In this document: piece after piece, positions 18,907-29,215 of the stretch
How positions within the stretch are numbered: the first letter of the stretch is position 1
Layout of the letters: each line of letters starts with the position of its first letter
DNA from: Candidatus Latescibacterota bacterium
Lineage (GTDB): Bacteria > Latescibacterota > UBA2968 > UBA8231
Assembly: GCA_965219385.1 (NCBI GenBank)
Contig: CBDCNM010000001.1
Span: forward strand, 1,290,631 to 1,331,135
DNA: 40,505 bases
Direction: 5' to 3'
The notes under the pieces: model-generated
Databases searched by the model: none
What the model was told of the DNA's origin: nothing
Seen by the model: the letters and a program-made list of their open reading frames with translations, nothing else
Made by a program: the position numbers and the translations under genes

Positions 18907-21123
18907 ATGGATCTTTTTGAGGCAGGCCTCCAGGCCCAACTCGAACGCGAGCAGCCCCTGGCAGCGCGTCTGAGGCCCCGCACCCTGGACGAATTCATTG
19001 GCCAGGACCACATCCTCGGCCCCGGCCGGCTCCTGCGCCGAGCCATTCAGGCCGATCAACTGTCCTCATTGATCTTCTACGGCCCCCCGGGTACCGGCAA
19101 GACCACCCTGGCATCCGTTATTGCCAACACCACCCGCTCCCACTTTATCACCATCAACGCGGTGCTGGCCGGCGTCGCCGAAATCCGCGGGGCCATCAAC
19201 GAAGCCCAGGAGCGGCGCAAACTCCACAACCAGCGCACCATTCTCTTTATTGACGAGGTCCATCGCTTCAACAAAGCCCAGCAGGATGCCCTGCTGCCCT
19301 GGGTCGAAAACGGCATGGTCATCCTCATCGGCGCGACCACTGAAAACCCTTATTTCTCGGTCAACCGGCCCCTGCTCTCGCGCAGCCGCGTCTTCCAGCT
19401 CCAGTCCCTGGACGAGGAGTGTTTGCGCTGCATTGCCCGGCAGGCTCTGGCCGATGCACGCGGATACCAGAAACTGAGAGTGGACCTCCAGCGGGAAGCC
19501 CTCGAGCACCTGGTCAACGTGGCCAATGGGGACGCCCGGGCCCTGTTGAATGCCCTCGAGCTGGCCGTGGAGACCACTCCACCCGACGAGCAGGCCCGTA
19601 TTGTGATCACCCTGAAAGTAGCCGAGGAGTCCATCCAGCGCCGGGCCGTGCTCTACGACAAGGAGGGCGATTACCACTTCGATACCATCAGCGCCTTCAT
19701 CAAGTCCATGCGCGGCTCCGATCCGGATGCCACCGTGTACTGGCTAGCCCGCATGGTCTACGCCGGCGAGGATCCCCACTTCATCTTCCGCCGCATGCTC
19801 ATATTTGCCAGCGAAGACATCGGCCTGGCCGACCCCCAGGCCCTCCAGGTGGTGGTGGCCGCGGCTGAATCCTTTGATCGGGTGGGTCTGCCCGAGGGCC
19901 GCTTTCCCCTGGCTCAGGCCGCACTCTACCTGGCAACCGCCGCCAAAAGCAATTCGGTCTTTGCCTTTTTCGACGCCCTGGCCACGGTCGAACGGGAACA
20001 GGAAGCCGAAGTGCCCAGCCACCTCAAGGACGCCAGTCGGGATAGCGAAGGCTTCGGCCACGGGGCCAACTATCTCTACCCTCATGCTTACAGAGACCAC
20101 TGGGTCCCCCAGCAGTACCTGCCCGATGGCCTGCAAGGCCGCGTCTTTTACACCCCCTCGGATCTGGGGGCCGAAAGAACCCTGGGGGATCAGGTCCGCC
20201 GCCGCCGCGAAATCCAGTTGACCGCCATGGTCGAAGGGCAATCCTCCGCACCCGAGGTGCTGACCTTCTCGCCGCCGGGTCGCGGCCGCGATCAATGGCT
20301 GCAGCGCGCCACCAGCGAAATAGGCGCCCATCTCGAAGGCATCCGCCAACGCCTGTTCCAGGCCCTTGTCCTGCAGCGCCACCACCTGGTTCTGGACCTT
20401 CAAGCCGGCACCGGCCTGCTGACCTGGGAAGCTCTGCGCCAGGTGCCCGAAGGCGGGGTCTGGACCCTGGCCGCCGACAAGGCCACGGCCATCACCCTGC
20501 AGGAAATGGCCACCCATCTGGAGTTCGAACGCCCGGTAGTCCTCCAGGGCCCCTTGCTTCGTCTGGAGGCATTACTTGAAGAACGCGAACCGGGCATCCG
20601 CTTCGACGCCATCATCGGCCGCAATGCTCTGGGAAGCCTGACCGACAAAAGAGAAATTGTCCAATCCCTGCCCAATTTGCTGAGTGCCGGAGCCCGCCTC
20701 AGCCTGGTGGAGGCCGTTCCGAAAAAGGCCCAGCGGCTCTACCAGTTGGTCGACCTGGACAGCCTGGGCGACGACCTTAAAGAACGGATCATCAGCACCG
20801 AAGAAGCCATTTACGCAGACGCCGAAAACCCGCGGGTGAACTGGGTTACAACCGATTTGCAGGCCTTGTTTGACCAGGCGGGATTTGTCAATCTCCGCCT
20901 GCAGACCGAAACCGGGCACACCCTCCGACGCATTACTCCCCAGCAACTGGGGCACTGGTTCAATCCCGGCGGCCAGAAGCATCAGACCTACGCCAATTAC
21001 CTGCACCAGCAGTTAAACGACGAGGAATTGCGCCAGGTAAGGAAGCTTTTTGAGAGGGAGTTGGCCAACAAAACCGTGCCCTGGTCCTCCACCCAGGTCT
21101 TTTTGAGCGCGGAGCCCGGGTAA
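18907..21123 (+). CDS. rarA: RarA/MgsA AAA+ ATPase fused to a C-terminal SAM-methyltransferase-like domain
   Basis: [41 protein letters not shown]-terminal [11 protein letters not shown]. Confidence 0.92.
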   Translation: MDLFEAGLQAQLEREQPLAARLRPRTLDEFIGQDHILGPGRLLRRAIQADQLSSLIFYGPPGTGKTTLASVIANTTRSHFITINAVLAGVAEIRGAINEAQERRKLHNQRTILFIDEVHRFNKAQQDALLPWVENGMVILIGATTENPYFSVNRPLLSRSRVFQLQSLDEECLRCIARQALADARGYQKLRVDLQREALEHLVNVANGDARALLNALELAVETTPPDEQARIVITLKVAEESIQRRAVLYDKEGDYHFDTISAFIKSMRGSDPDATVYWLARMVYAGEDPHFIFRRMLIFASEDIGLADPQALQVVVAAAESFDRVGLPEGRFPLAQAALYLATAAKSNSVFAFFDALATVEREQEAEVPSHLKDASRDSEGFGHGANYLYPHAYRDHWVPQQYLPDGLQGRVFYTPSDLGAERTLGDQVRRRREIQLTAMVEGQSSAPEVLTFSPPGRGRDQWLQRATSEIGAHLEGIRQRLFQALVLQRHHLVLDLQAGTGLLTWEALRQVPEGGVWTLAADKATAITLQEMATHLEFERPVVLQGPLLRLEALLEEREPGIRFDAIIGRNALGSLTDKREIVQSLPNLLSAGARLSLVEAVPKKAQRLYQLVDLDSLGDDLKERIISTEEAIYADAENPRVNWVTTDLQALFDQAGFVNLRLQTETGHTLRRITPQQLGHWFNPGGQKHQTYANYLHQQLNDEELRQVRKLFERELANKTVPWSSTQVFLSAEPG

Positions 21124-21295
21124 AAAACACCTTCCCATGCAATAAAACCATGCACCTCGACCTCCTTGGGTTGCCCTGCCCCTATAAATTTAAGGTATTG
21201 ATTTATGCTCCGTTACCTTTTAAATTACGAGCTATTGTCGACCTGGTAAGGGTGCCGACATCCTAAATACACCTTAAAACCCTAACACAAAACTT

Positions 21296-22537
21296 ATGGA
21301 AAAACGCCTGCCCTACCTGGTCTTTTGCCTGGCCTTCGGTACCGCCTTCTCCGCCTGCAGCACAACCGAGCAGCAGGTAGAAGGCCTGATCGAGCAATTG
21401 GCCGCCAATGAAATCGACGCTCCGTCCTGGAACCAGGCCGTCGACCAGTTGATCCTCATCGGCCGTCCAGCCGCCCGCCAGTTGATCGCCCATATCGCCG
21501 CAGCTCACTACACGGGTGAAAACTACCGTGAATACCGCGAGGAAATAGAAAAAATTCGCACCGGTTGCGCCCGGGCCCTGGGCAAGATCAAGCCCCGGGC
21601 CGCGTCTGCTGCCCTGGTCGGCACCATCGGCCCGGACTTCACGGACCCCGAACGCCTGGCCGGTATCTGGGCAGTGGGAGAAATAGGTTTTGATCAGGCC
21701 AGTGCGGATGCCTTGAAGAAAGAGCTGGAAAAAGAACCGGTAGAGGACGAAAATCCCGCTATCCGTCTCCACGTGGTTATCGCTCTCATCAAAATGGGTG
21801 AATACGGTCCGGCGGACCAAGTCAAAATGGTCATCAACGGCGAAGATCCCGGACTGCGGAACGTCGCCCTGGAAGGGCTGGAAGGGGCCAACTATTTTGG
21901 GGTACCGCTCCTAGTCGATATCGTTGCCCAGGAAAGTCCTCACCAGGGCCAGATCCAGGATATCCTGAAAAAAGTCAAACAGCAGCTGATCGGCCAATTG
22001 AACCACGAAGATCCCGAATTGCGAGGTCAGTCGGCCCGGGCCCTGGGCAAGATCGGCGATTCGGGCACCCGGGACGACCTCGTCGCCCTGCTCGAAGACC
22101 CCAGTAATCAGGTGAGATTTAATGCGGCTACGTCGCTGGCGGAAATGGGTCAGGCAGAGGGCATCGATTTCCTCTTTGACGCCCTGGAGGACCAGGATCC
22201 GATTCTGCGGGCCAATGCCGTCAAGTTTCTCTCGGAAGTCCAGAGCAATTCGGCCTCGGTGGAAAATCAACTCCTCGAAGCCCTGGGGCACGACAATCCG
22301 CTCGCCCGTTCCGGGGCTGCCCAAGTGCTTGCTCAAGCCCGGGTTGCAACGGCCCTTCAGGCCCTGTTACAGGCCACCGAAGACTCTGTGCCCGAAGTGC
22401 GCTGGAACGCGATTATCGCGCTGGGCGTTATTGGTTCGCCCGCAAGTCGGGCCCGCCTCCAGGAGTTGCTCCAGGATGGCGACGATACCGTGGCTTATTA
22501 TGCTAAATGGGCCTTGTTGCAACTCGAACAGGGCTGA
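21296..22537 (+). CDS. HEAT-repeat (PBS lyase-like) lipoprotein
   Basis: Lipobox FSAC; repeated LxDxDPxVRxxAAxALG units. Confidence 0.8.
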   Translation: MEKRLPYLVFCLAFGTAFSACSTTEQQVEGLIEQLAANEIDAPSWNQAVDQLILIGRPAARQLIAHIAAAHYTGENYREYREEIEKIRTGCARALGKIKPRAASAALVGTIGPDFTDPERLAGIWAVGEIGFDQASADALKKELEKEPVEDENPAIRLHVVIALIKMGEYGPADQVKMVINGEDPGLRNVALEGLEGANYFGVPLLVDIVAQESPHQGQIQDILKKVKQQLIGQLNHEDPELRGQSARALGKIGDSGTRDDLVALLEDPSNQVRFNAATSLAEMGQAEGIDFLFDALEDQDPILRANAVKFLSEVQSNSASVENQLLEALGHDNPLARSGAAQVLAQARVATALQALLQATEDSVPEVRWNAIIALGVIGSPASRARLQELLQDGDDTVAYYAKWALLQLEQG

Positions 22538-22635
22538 TACCCCCGGCACAAAACCTACATTCGCCGCCGTCCACGATCTCCAGCCATCAATGCCCGAAAG
22601 GGCTTAGCTAGAGGCTTCAACCTGAGGATCCATCC

Positions 22636-23556
22636 ATGAAGAAATTGATCGGCCTTTGCATGCTCGCTGCCGTCCTTGCAGCCACGGCTGTTCGCGCCGC
22701 CGAAACCCCTGAAACCGTGTTGATCCGCCAGGCCCTGAACAACGACAAATTCGGTCTTCGCCGCGGCATTGACTATCTGGACCTGGCGCTTTCGGCCTAC
22801 GCTGAAAATTTCGCGGCCTACGTCGGCCACAACACCGCCGATCCACGCGGCTGGTCCGTACTCTACGAAGGTAAGGAGGCTTTTGCCCGGATCCTGGAAG
22901 CGGATCTTAAAGCCAACCGCTACGACATGGAACGCGCCATACCATTTATCCTGGTGCGCGAAAAGAAAGCCATTGCCACCACGGTGGACTCGGGCAAGGT
23001 CATCAACCGCCAGACCGGCGCCAGCCACCCCTTCAAGACCCAGCGCCTCTGGACTTTTATCAAGATCGAGGAAAAGTGGCTGGCCACGGCCTTTGTCCAG
23101 GATATCGGAGATACCACGGCGGGGCCTCGCCAGCCCTCGATGGATGCACCTGAAGTCCAGCTGATTCTGCAACGCGAAAAGGAAGCCTGGGAGGACGGCA
23201 ATGCAGGGGCTATCCTGGGTCTTTTCGACGAGGAATTCATCGGCTATGATGGAAAAGATGAACATGCCCCCGCCAGCTGGATCATCCTCTTCAGCAATGC
23301 CCTGGAACTGGAAAAATGGCTCGGAAAAAGGCTGAAAACCGCTCAGTACAGCATCAATCGTGAGGTGCTCTATACCACGGTGGGGGAAAACCGCAAGGAA
23401 GCCCTGGCGGTGACCCTCGACCACCTCTCCACCGGTTATGAGGAGTTCGGACCTGCCATCCACCAGCAGAACCGCTATGTCCTGTGGACTCTGAGCCGGC
23501 GCAGCGGTTCCTGGAAGATCACCAATATGCTTTACAATCTGGGGCTTTCGGACTGA
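22636..23556 (+). CDS. Secreted protein with two NTF2/SnoaL-like domains (putative)
   Basis: Signal peptide; two similar halves (YVGHNTADPRGWSVLY / YDGKDEHAPASWIILF) ending WLAT / WKIT. Confidence 0.55.
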   Translation: MKKLIGLCMLAAVLAATAVRAAETPETVLIRQALNNDKFGLRRGIDYLDLALSAYAENFAAYVGHNTADPRGWSVLYEGKEAFARILEADLKANRYDMERAIPFILVREKKAIATTVDSGKVINRQTGASHPFKTQRLWTFIKIEEKWLATAFVQDIGDTTAGPRQPSMDAPEVQLILQREKEAWEDGNAGAILGLFDEEFIGYDGKDEHAPASWIILFSNALELEKWLGKRLKTAQYSINREVLYTTVGENRKEALAVTLDHLSTGYEEFGPAIHQQNRYVLWTLSRRSGSWKITNMLYNLGLSD

Positions 23557-23578
23557 TAGCCAAGACAGGGGTTACCTC

Positions 23579-25453
23579 ATGGACAAACTGCCCTGGCTCT
23601 TGATCTTTATCTTAGGTTACTGGGGTTATTGCATCTTCTGGGGCTGGAAAGGGGCGCGCCAGGCCCGTACGGCCAGCGATTATTTCATTGCCAATCGCCG
23701 TATCGGCCTGTGGGTTTTTGTCCTGGCCGCCACGGCCACATCCTTCAGCGGCTGGACCTTTGTCGGCCATCCGGGGCTGATCTACAAGACCGGGCTGCCC
23801 TATGCCTTTGCCTCGTTCTATGCCATAACCATTCCCTTCACCGGCGTGCTCTTCCTCAAGCGCCAGTGGCTTCTGGGCAAGCGCTACGGCTATATCACTC
23901 CTGGCGAAATGTTCAGCGCTTACTACGGCACCGATGTCATGCGCTTTCTCACCGTCATTGTCGCCATGATCTTCAGCGTGCCCTATCTAGGACTCCAGCT
24001 CAAGGCCTCTGGTCTGCTCTTCAGCCGCCTGCTGCAAGGCACCGTCCTCGAACACACCTTTGTGGGCTCCATCGAAGGGGGGGCCATCATGCTTTCGGTG
24101 GTCGTCTTTCTCTACGTGGCCTCCGGCGGGCTGCGTTCCGTGGCCTATGTCGACTGCGTCCAGTGCATCCTCCTGGCCCTGGGCATCATCATTCTGGGCT
24201 TTGTCGCCCTCGACCTAGTGGGCGGCTGGGAGCAATTCACCAGGGGATTGGCCGCCCTTGCCCGGACCCAACCCGAGATGGTGACCATACCCACCCGGCC
24301 GGAGTCCTCTTCCTTTCTGGAGCGCACCGGCGCCATGTTTCTGGATAGCTCAGGGGGTTCCTGGACCGGACTGATGATCCTGACCTACATGTTTGCCCTG
24401 ATGGGCATCCAGTCGGCGCCGGCCTTTTCCATGTGGGCCTTTGCCAATAAGGACCCCCGCCCTTTTCCCTGGCAACAGGTCTTTGCCTCCTCCCTGATCA
24501 TTGGCGGCATCCTGTTCTTGTTTACCGCCATTCAGGGTCTTGGAGGCGCCCTGCTGGACCTGGAACTCATTCCGGACACATCCAGGCTGGACTTGCCAGG
24601 GGCGGATTCGCTGGTGCCCTACCTCATCGACACCCTCTCCACCGGCCTGCCCTGGCTGGTGGGGCTGCTCGCGGTCTGCGCCCTGGCGGCCATGCAGTCC
24701 ACCGGCGCGGCCTATATGTCCACGGCCAGCGGCATGATCACCCGCGACCTCTACCGGCACTTTTTCAATAAAGAGGCCTCGCACCAGGCCCAGGTCCTGG
24801 TTGGCCGGATTTCCGTGGCTGTCGTGGTCTCTCTGGCCCTGTTGGTGGGTCTGACCAGCGGCGATGTCCTGGTCTTGCTGGGGGGGCTGGCGGTATCCTA
24901 CGGCTTTCAGATGTGGCCCGCCCTGCTGGGCATTTGCTACCTTCGCTGGTTCACCCGCCAGGGCATCGTCTGGGGGTTGGTAGCCGGTCTCCTGGCCGTA
25001 ACCTTCACTGATATCACGGAATTGGGCGGGCTGCTCGGTTTCGGGCGCTACCCCCTGACCCTGCACAGTGCGGGCTGGGGCATCCTCTTCAACCTAGTCA
25101 CTGCCGTCCTGGTCAGCGCTTTCACCCAGCCCAGGGATTCCCACGCCATCGCCCACCGCGACTCCTTCCACGATTTTCTCCGGGAACACGCCGGCCTCCG
25201 TCGGGAAGTGCAAAAGTGGAAAAAACCGGCCTGGATCCTGACCATTGTCTGGTTCCTGGGTGCCATCGGCCCCTTTGCCGTACTGGGCAACGAAAGCAAT
25301 CCCGCCAACTGGAGCTTCGGCATTCCCACCCTCTGGGTCTGGCAGATCGTCTGGTGGATCATCGGTTGCGTCATGATGTACCTGCTGGCTTTCAGGCTGC
25401 AGATGTCTACAATGCCCGAGACCGAGGTAGAATCCCTGGCTCGGCAAGAATAA
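23579..25453 (+). CDS. Sodium:solute symporter family protein
   Basis: DYFIANR, ATSFSGWTFVGHPG, GGLRSVAYVD, AAMQST; many transmembrane segments. Confidence 0.9.
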   Translation: MDKLPWLLIFILGYWGYCIFWGWKGARQARTASDYFIANRRIGLWVFVLAATATSFSGWTFVGHPGLIYKTGLPYAFASFYAITIPFTGVLFLKRQWLLGKRYGYITPGEMFSAYYGTDVMRFLTVIVAMIFSVPYLGLQLKASGLLFSRLLQGTVLEHTFVGSIEGGAIMLSVVVFLYVASGGLRSVAYVDCVQCILLALGIIILGFVALDLVGGWEQFTRGLAALARTQPEMVTIPTRPESSSFLERTGAMFLDSSGGSWTGLMILTYMFALMGIQSAPAFSMWAFANKDPRPFPWQQVFASSLIIGGILFLFTAIQGLGGALLDLELIPDTSRLDLPGADSLVPYLIDTLSTGLPWLVGLLAVCALAAMQSTGAAYMSTASGMITRDLYRHFFNKEASHQAQVLVGRISVAVVVSLALLVGLTSGDVLVLLGGLAVSYGFQMWPALLGICYLRWFTRQGIVWGLVAGLLAVTFTDITELGGLLGFGRYPLTLHSAGWGILFNLVTAVLVSAFTQPRDSHAIAHRDSFHDFLREHAGLRREVQKWKKPAWILTIVWFLGAIGPFAVLGNESNPANWSFGIPTLWVWQIVWWIIGCVMMYLLAFRLQMSTMPETEVESLARQE

Positions 25454-25460
25454 ATCCTTC

Positions 25461-27161
25461 ATGCCCCGCACCCTCCTCCGGCTGTTCCTGGCCCTGGCCG
25501 CAACCGCCCTGATCGCCCTGGTATTGCCCGAACGAGGCGGAAAGGACGGCTGGAGCCTGTTTCCGCCGCTGGGAGCCATCCTGGTGGCCCTAGCCACCGG
25601 TCGTCTGATCCTGGGACTGTCCATTGCCGTCCTCAGCGCCGCCGCCCTCACCCTGCCTTCCTCTACTCCGCTGTATCTCCTGCCCTGGGCTACGCTCCGG
25701 CATGCTGCTCTCGACTTTCTCTGGGCTCCCCTGGTCCAGTCCTTCCAGTTCTACATCCTCGGCTTTACCGCCGCCCTCATCGGCATGGTAAGGGTCATTT
25801 CCCTGGCCGGAGGCAGCCAGGGCATCGCCGCTTTGCTGGCCGCCCGGGCCGAGGGCGCGCGCTCTACCCGCATAGCCACCTTTCTCATGGGTTTGGCCGT
25901 CTTCTTCGACGACTATGCCAACACCTTGGTGGTGGGCACAACCATGCGGCCGCTAGCGGATCGTTTCAGGGTTTCGCGGGAAAAGCTGGCCTATCTGGTA
26001 GACTCGACCGCGGCACCGGTGGCTGGTCTCGCCGTGCTCAGTACCTGGATCGGTTACGAGGTCGGTCTCTTCGAAGATGTGATGCGCGAACTGGGGGTAA
26101 AAGTTTCCGGGTACGAGCTGTTTTTTCGCGCCCTGCCCATGCGCTTCTACTGCATCCTGACTCTGGGTTTTGTAGCCTTGTCCACTTTTCTACAACGCGA
26201 CTTCGGGCCCATGCTGCGGGCCGAGCAACGGACCTATCACAAAGGCCAGGTGCTGGCCCCGGGGGCTCAACCCATGACCAGGGACAGCCTGGACTCATTC
26301 CAGGCTCCAGAGGGCATCCAGGGCCATTGGGCCACGGCCGCCGCCCCGGTAGGTCTGGTCATTTTCTCGGTAGTGTTGGGCATGCAGCTGGATACCTGGA
26401 ACCTGGAAAAGGTCCACAGCGCCCGCCAACACCACGGTCTTTTCAGCCACCTCTACTGGATCGCCGTTCTGGCAAAGGCCGATGGCGCCAAGGTGATGTT
26501 CCTGGCCTCACTGGCCGGTTCGCTGCTGGCTTTCCTGATCGCCCTCACCCGCCGGGACACAACCAGCGGTCGGCGGGTCCTGGGATTGTGGCAGATCGGC
26601 AAAACCTGGATAGGGGCCATTGCGGGATTTCGCTACGCCCTGATTATCCTGATCCTAGCCTGGTCAATCAAGGAGACCTGCATGGCCTTGGGCACCTCCA
26701 CCTTTCTCATTGCCGCTCTGTCGGGCCTGCTGGAGCCGGCCGTTTTGCCCGTCCTGATCTTCCTGCTGGCGGCTCTGGTGGCCTTCTCCATCGGCACCTC
26801 GTGGGCGACCATGGCCATCCTCCTGCCCACCATGCTCCCTCTGGCCTTTGAGATGGGTGGATTGCCGCTGGTATTTCTGGCAGCCGCAGCAGTGTTGGAC
26901 GGGGCTATTTTCGGCGATCATTGCTCCCCGATCAGCGATACCACGCTACTCTCCAGCATCGCCACCTCCTGCGACCATATCGCCCACGTCCGGACCCAGA
27001 TCCCCTATGCCTTGGTCACCATGGTCACGGCTGCCCTTTTGGGCTATCTGGGCACGACCCTGCTGTATCCGTCCGCCCTCGGGCTCCTGCTGGGGTTTGC
27101 CTTCCTCACCTTCGTCCTCCTCCTCACCGGCCGCAACCCGACGGCCCCAATGATGCGCTGA
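25461..27161 (+). CDS. NhaC-family antiporter/transporter
   Basis: FFDDYAN, SREKLAYLVDSTAAP, GTSWAT, GDHCSPISDTT. Confidence 0.9.
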   Translation: MPRTLLRLFLALAATALIALVLPERGGKDGWSLFPPLGAILVALATGRLILGLSIAVLSAAALTLPSSTPLYLLPWATLRHAALDFLWAPLVQSFQFYILGFTAALIGMVRVISLAGGSQGIAALLAARAEGARSTRIATFLMGLAVFFDDYANTLVVGTTMRPLADRFRVSREKLAYLVDSTAAPVAGLAVLSTWIGYEVGLFEDVMRELGVKVSGYELFFRALPMRFYCILTLGFVALSTFLQRDFGPMLRAEQRTYHKGQVLAPGAQPMTRDSLDSFQAPEGIQGHWATAAAPVGLVIFSVVLGMQLDTWNLEKVHSARQHHGLFSHLYWIAVLAKADGAKVMFLASLAGSLLAFLIALTRRDTTSGRRVLGLWQIGKTWIGAIAGFRYALIILILAWSIKETCMALGTSTFLIAALSGLLEPAVLPVLIFLLAALVAFSIGTSWATMAILLPTMLPLAFEMGGLPLVFLAAAAVLDGAIFGDHCSPISDTTLLSSIATSCDHIAHVRTQIPYALVTMVTAALLGYLGTTLLYPSALGLLLGFAFLTFVLLLTGRNPTAPMMR

Positions 27162-27166
27162 CTGTC

Positions 27167-27679
27167 CTACCAGCTGGCCGTGGTGCGATCAACGATTTCC
27201 TCGATGATCATGTCCAGCGCCGCCTCAATGGCCTTGTCCCGACCTTCCTCATCCTCCAGGTTCGCATCGTAGGTTCCCCATCCTTCCACCTCCTTCAATT
27301 CCAGCAGCTGATCCTCGCCTTCGAGCTTCAGCAGTTCCACATTGACGAACACCTTGAAGCGGTACTGCTCGGTCTGCTCGGAAGCAGTGTAGGTGAAAGG
27401 ACTGTCGTCCAGGGATACGATCCGCAAGAACAGCACGGCATCCGCACTTTCTTCATCCACCAGCTTCAGCTGACCGTCGCTGATAAAGGCAGCGCCGATG
27501 CGCTCGGCCATAAGCTCGGCGATATCGAATTCGGGCGTCTCGTTTTCGGCCGCGGGAATGGCCACGCTGCGAATCCCCCCGATCAGGCCGGAAGAGGTGG
27601 AATAATGAGCGCAGCCGGCCATCCAGCACAGGCCGGCAAAGAGCAGCCACCAACTATTCCGAATCCTTCTGCGCCACAT
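27167..27679 (-). CDS. LptE-family lipoprotein
   Basis: Lipobox MAGC followed by IRSVAIPAAENET and ADAVL. Confidence 0.7.
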   Translation of the reverse strand: MWRRRIRNSWWLLFAGLCWMAGCAHYSTSSGLIGGIRSVAIPAAENETPEFDIAELMAERIGAAFISDGQLKLVDEESADAVLFLRIVSLDDSPFTYTASEQTEQYRFKVFVNVELLKLEGEDQLLELKEVEGWGTYDANLEDEEGRDKAIEAALDMIIEEIVDRTTASW

Positions 27680-28199
27680 CTTCACTCCGCTGGGCATCCG
27701 GTTCTTCCGGACTAGCGACCTTCTCCGCGCTTTCCCCGGTCTTGTGGGCTTCCGAGGCCGGTTCGGTGGAATGCCCTCCCCCCTCTTGGGGGGGCAGGGA
27801 ACGCGCCTGGTCTCCCACTACTACAGGTTGACTCTGGGGCCGCCCACTGCCATCCGCGGTGCGCACCTCCAGACGCTCGCGTTCCTCCGACCGCTGGCCA
27901 TAGTGGCCAAAGGAGTGTTGCACCATCATGGCGCTCAAGGTCCCCGGTCTGTCCTGCTCGGCCACCAGAGGGGTGCGCACGGTGCACATGTGCTCCTGAA
28001 CGTGATCCGCCACTACCCGGGCCTTTACCATCTCCCACTTGCCCAATGTCGCCCCGCTGTCCGGGTCCGCGATCTCCTGAAACTCCGCGAAAATCGCGAA
28101 GGTCATACCCTCCTCCACCCCTGCCTGGTACCCCACGTTCAATACCAGGGTAGTATCGTCGATAATCGCAGCTACTTTTCCGTTGATGACGTCCTTCAT
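27654..28199 (-). CDS. Hypothetical protein (beta-barrel, FlgT C-terminal-like)
   Basis: GKVAAIIDDTTLVLNVGYQAGVEEGMTF, EIADPDSGATLG. Confidence 0.65.
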   Translation of the reverse strand: MKDVINGKVAAIIDDTTLVLNVGYQAGVEEGMTFAIFAEFQEIADPDSGATLGKWEMVKARVVADHVQEHMCTVRTPLVAEQDRPGTLSAMMVQHSFGHYGQRSEERERLEVRTADGSGRPQSQPVVVGDQARSLPPQEGGGHSTEPASEAHKTGESAEKVASPEEPDAQRSEDVAQKDSE

Positions 28200-28213
28200 A
28201 CTGACCTGTATTG

Positions 28214-28244
28214 AAAAGCCGGCCTGCGCAGGTGCAGACCGGCT
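28214..28244 (-). terminator. Rho-independent terminator, probably of the M23 gene, now separated from it by the IS
   Basis: Minus strand AGCCGGTCTGC-ACCTGC-GCAGGCCGGCT followed by TTT. Confidence 0.6.
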
Positions 28245-28274
28245 ACTGATTAAACTTCTGTTTGAAATTGTTAA

Positions 28275-29206
28275 GAGGCCGTCTGAAAACCATGTTTATT
28301 CTAAGCGAGTCGTTTGAGTAGCAAGTAAATCATGGCGATCTGAATCAACGCTTCGCTGTGGCGGGTCAACACTTCATAATCTCGGGCATGCCGACGAAAG
28401 TTCATCAACCACGCAAAGGTTCGTTCGACCACCCACCGTCGTTTGAGCGGTGTAAATCCATTTCCTTGTTTAGCGACGACTTCCAAGTCGATCTTATGCG
28501 TCTTTTTTAAGTCGGCTACCCACCCTTTGAGATCGGCTCCCGCAGAGCCGCCATTGACCCACAGCTTACGTAGCCTAGGTAGGCCGGGCGCAACATAGCG
28601 GGTCAACACCCGCTTCAAGCCGTCCCGATCGCCCACATCGGCGGCGGTGACTTCCACCGGCCGGATCCATCCCAAGGTATCTACCCACAGGTGACGTTTG
28701 CGTCCTTTGATCTTTTTGCCGGCGTCATAACCGATTGTTTCTCCTTGGGTTGCCGTCTTGATGGTCTGGCTATCGACCCCGCCGGCCGACGGGGTCAATA
28801 GCCGACCCTGCCGGCGGCGTTCCCGCTGGGTGAGTCGATCCAATATCGGCGGCCAGACCCCTTGTAGGCTCCAGCGGCGAAAGTAGTCATACACCGTTTT
28901 CCACGGCCCCAAACTCGCGGGTAACAAAGCCCAAGGACAGCCGGTCTTGGTCAGATACAAAAGACCATTGATGATCTGGCGTGGATCCCGCCGCGGGCGG
29001 CCCGGCCCGCCAGGAGGCCACGTCGAGGCGGGTAGTAACGGCTTGATTAGACGCCATTGCGCATCGGTTAGATCGGTGGCATATTCGTCGGCAGGCGTAC
29101 TCATCATAGGGGCCTTTCTATTCAGATTTTGTGGTGAAACCTGAATATGGCCCGATGAGTACGCCGATTCAAATACGGGCTACATCAAGAGTTTTCAGAC
29201 GGCCTC
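28275..29206 (-). mobile_element. IS5-family (IS1031-like) element, isoform A, 932 bp
   Basis: Perfect 16-bp TIR GAGGCCGTCTGAAAAC; TAA duplicated at 28272-28274 and 29207-29209. Confidence 0.95.
28301..29107 (-). CDS. IS5-family transposase
   Basis: YATDLTDAQW, VDSQT, GYDAGKKIKGRKRH, RWVVERTFAW. The third acidic motif reads WVNGG here versus WVDGG in isoform B, so this copy may be inactive. Confidence 0.93.
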   Translation of the reverse strand: MMSTPADEYATDLTDAQWRLIKPLLPASTWPPGGPGRPRRDPRQIINGLLYLTKTGCPWALLPASLGPWKTVYDYFRRWSLQGVWPPILDRLTQRERRRQGRLLTPSAGGVDSQTIKTATQGETIGYDAGKKIKGRKRHLWVDTLGWIRPVEVTAADVGDRDGLKRVLTRYVAPGLPRLRKLWVNGGSAGADLKGWVADLKKTHKIDLEVVAKQGNGFTPLKRRWVVERTFAWLMNFRRHARDYEVLTRHSEALIQIAMIYLLLKRLA

Positions 29207-29215
29207 TAAAGGCGC

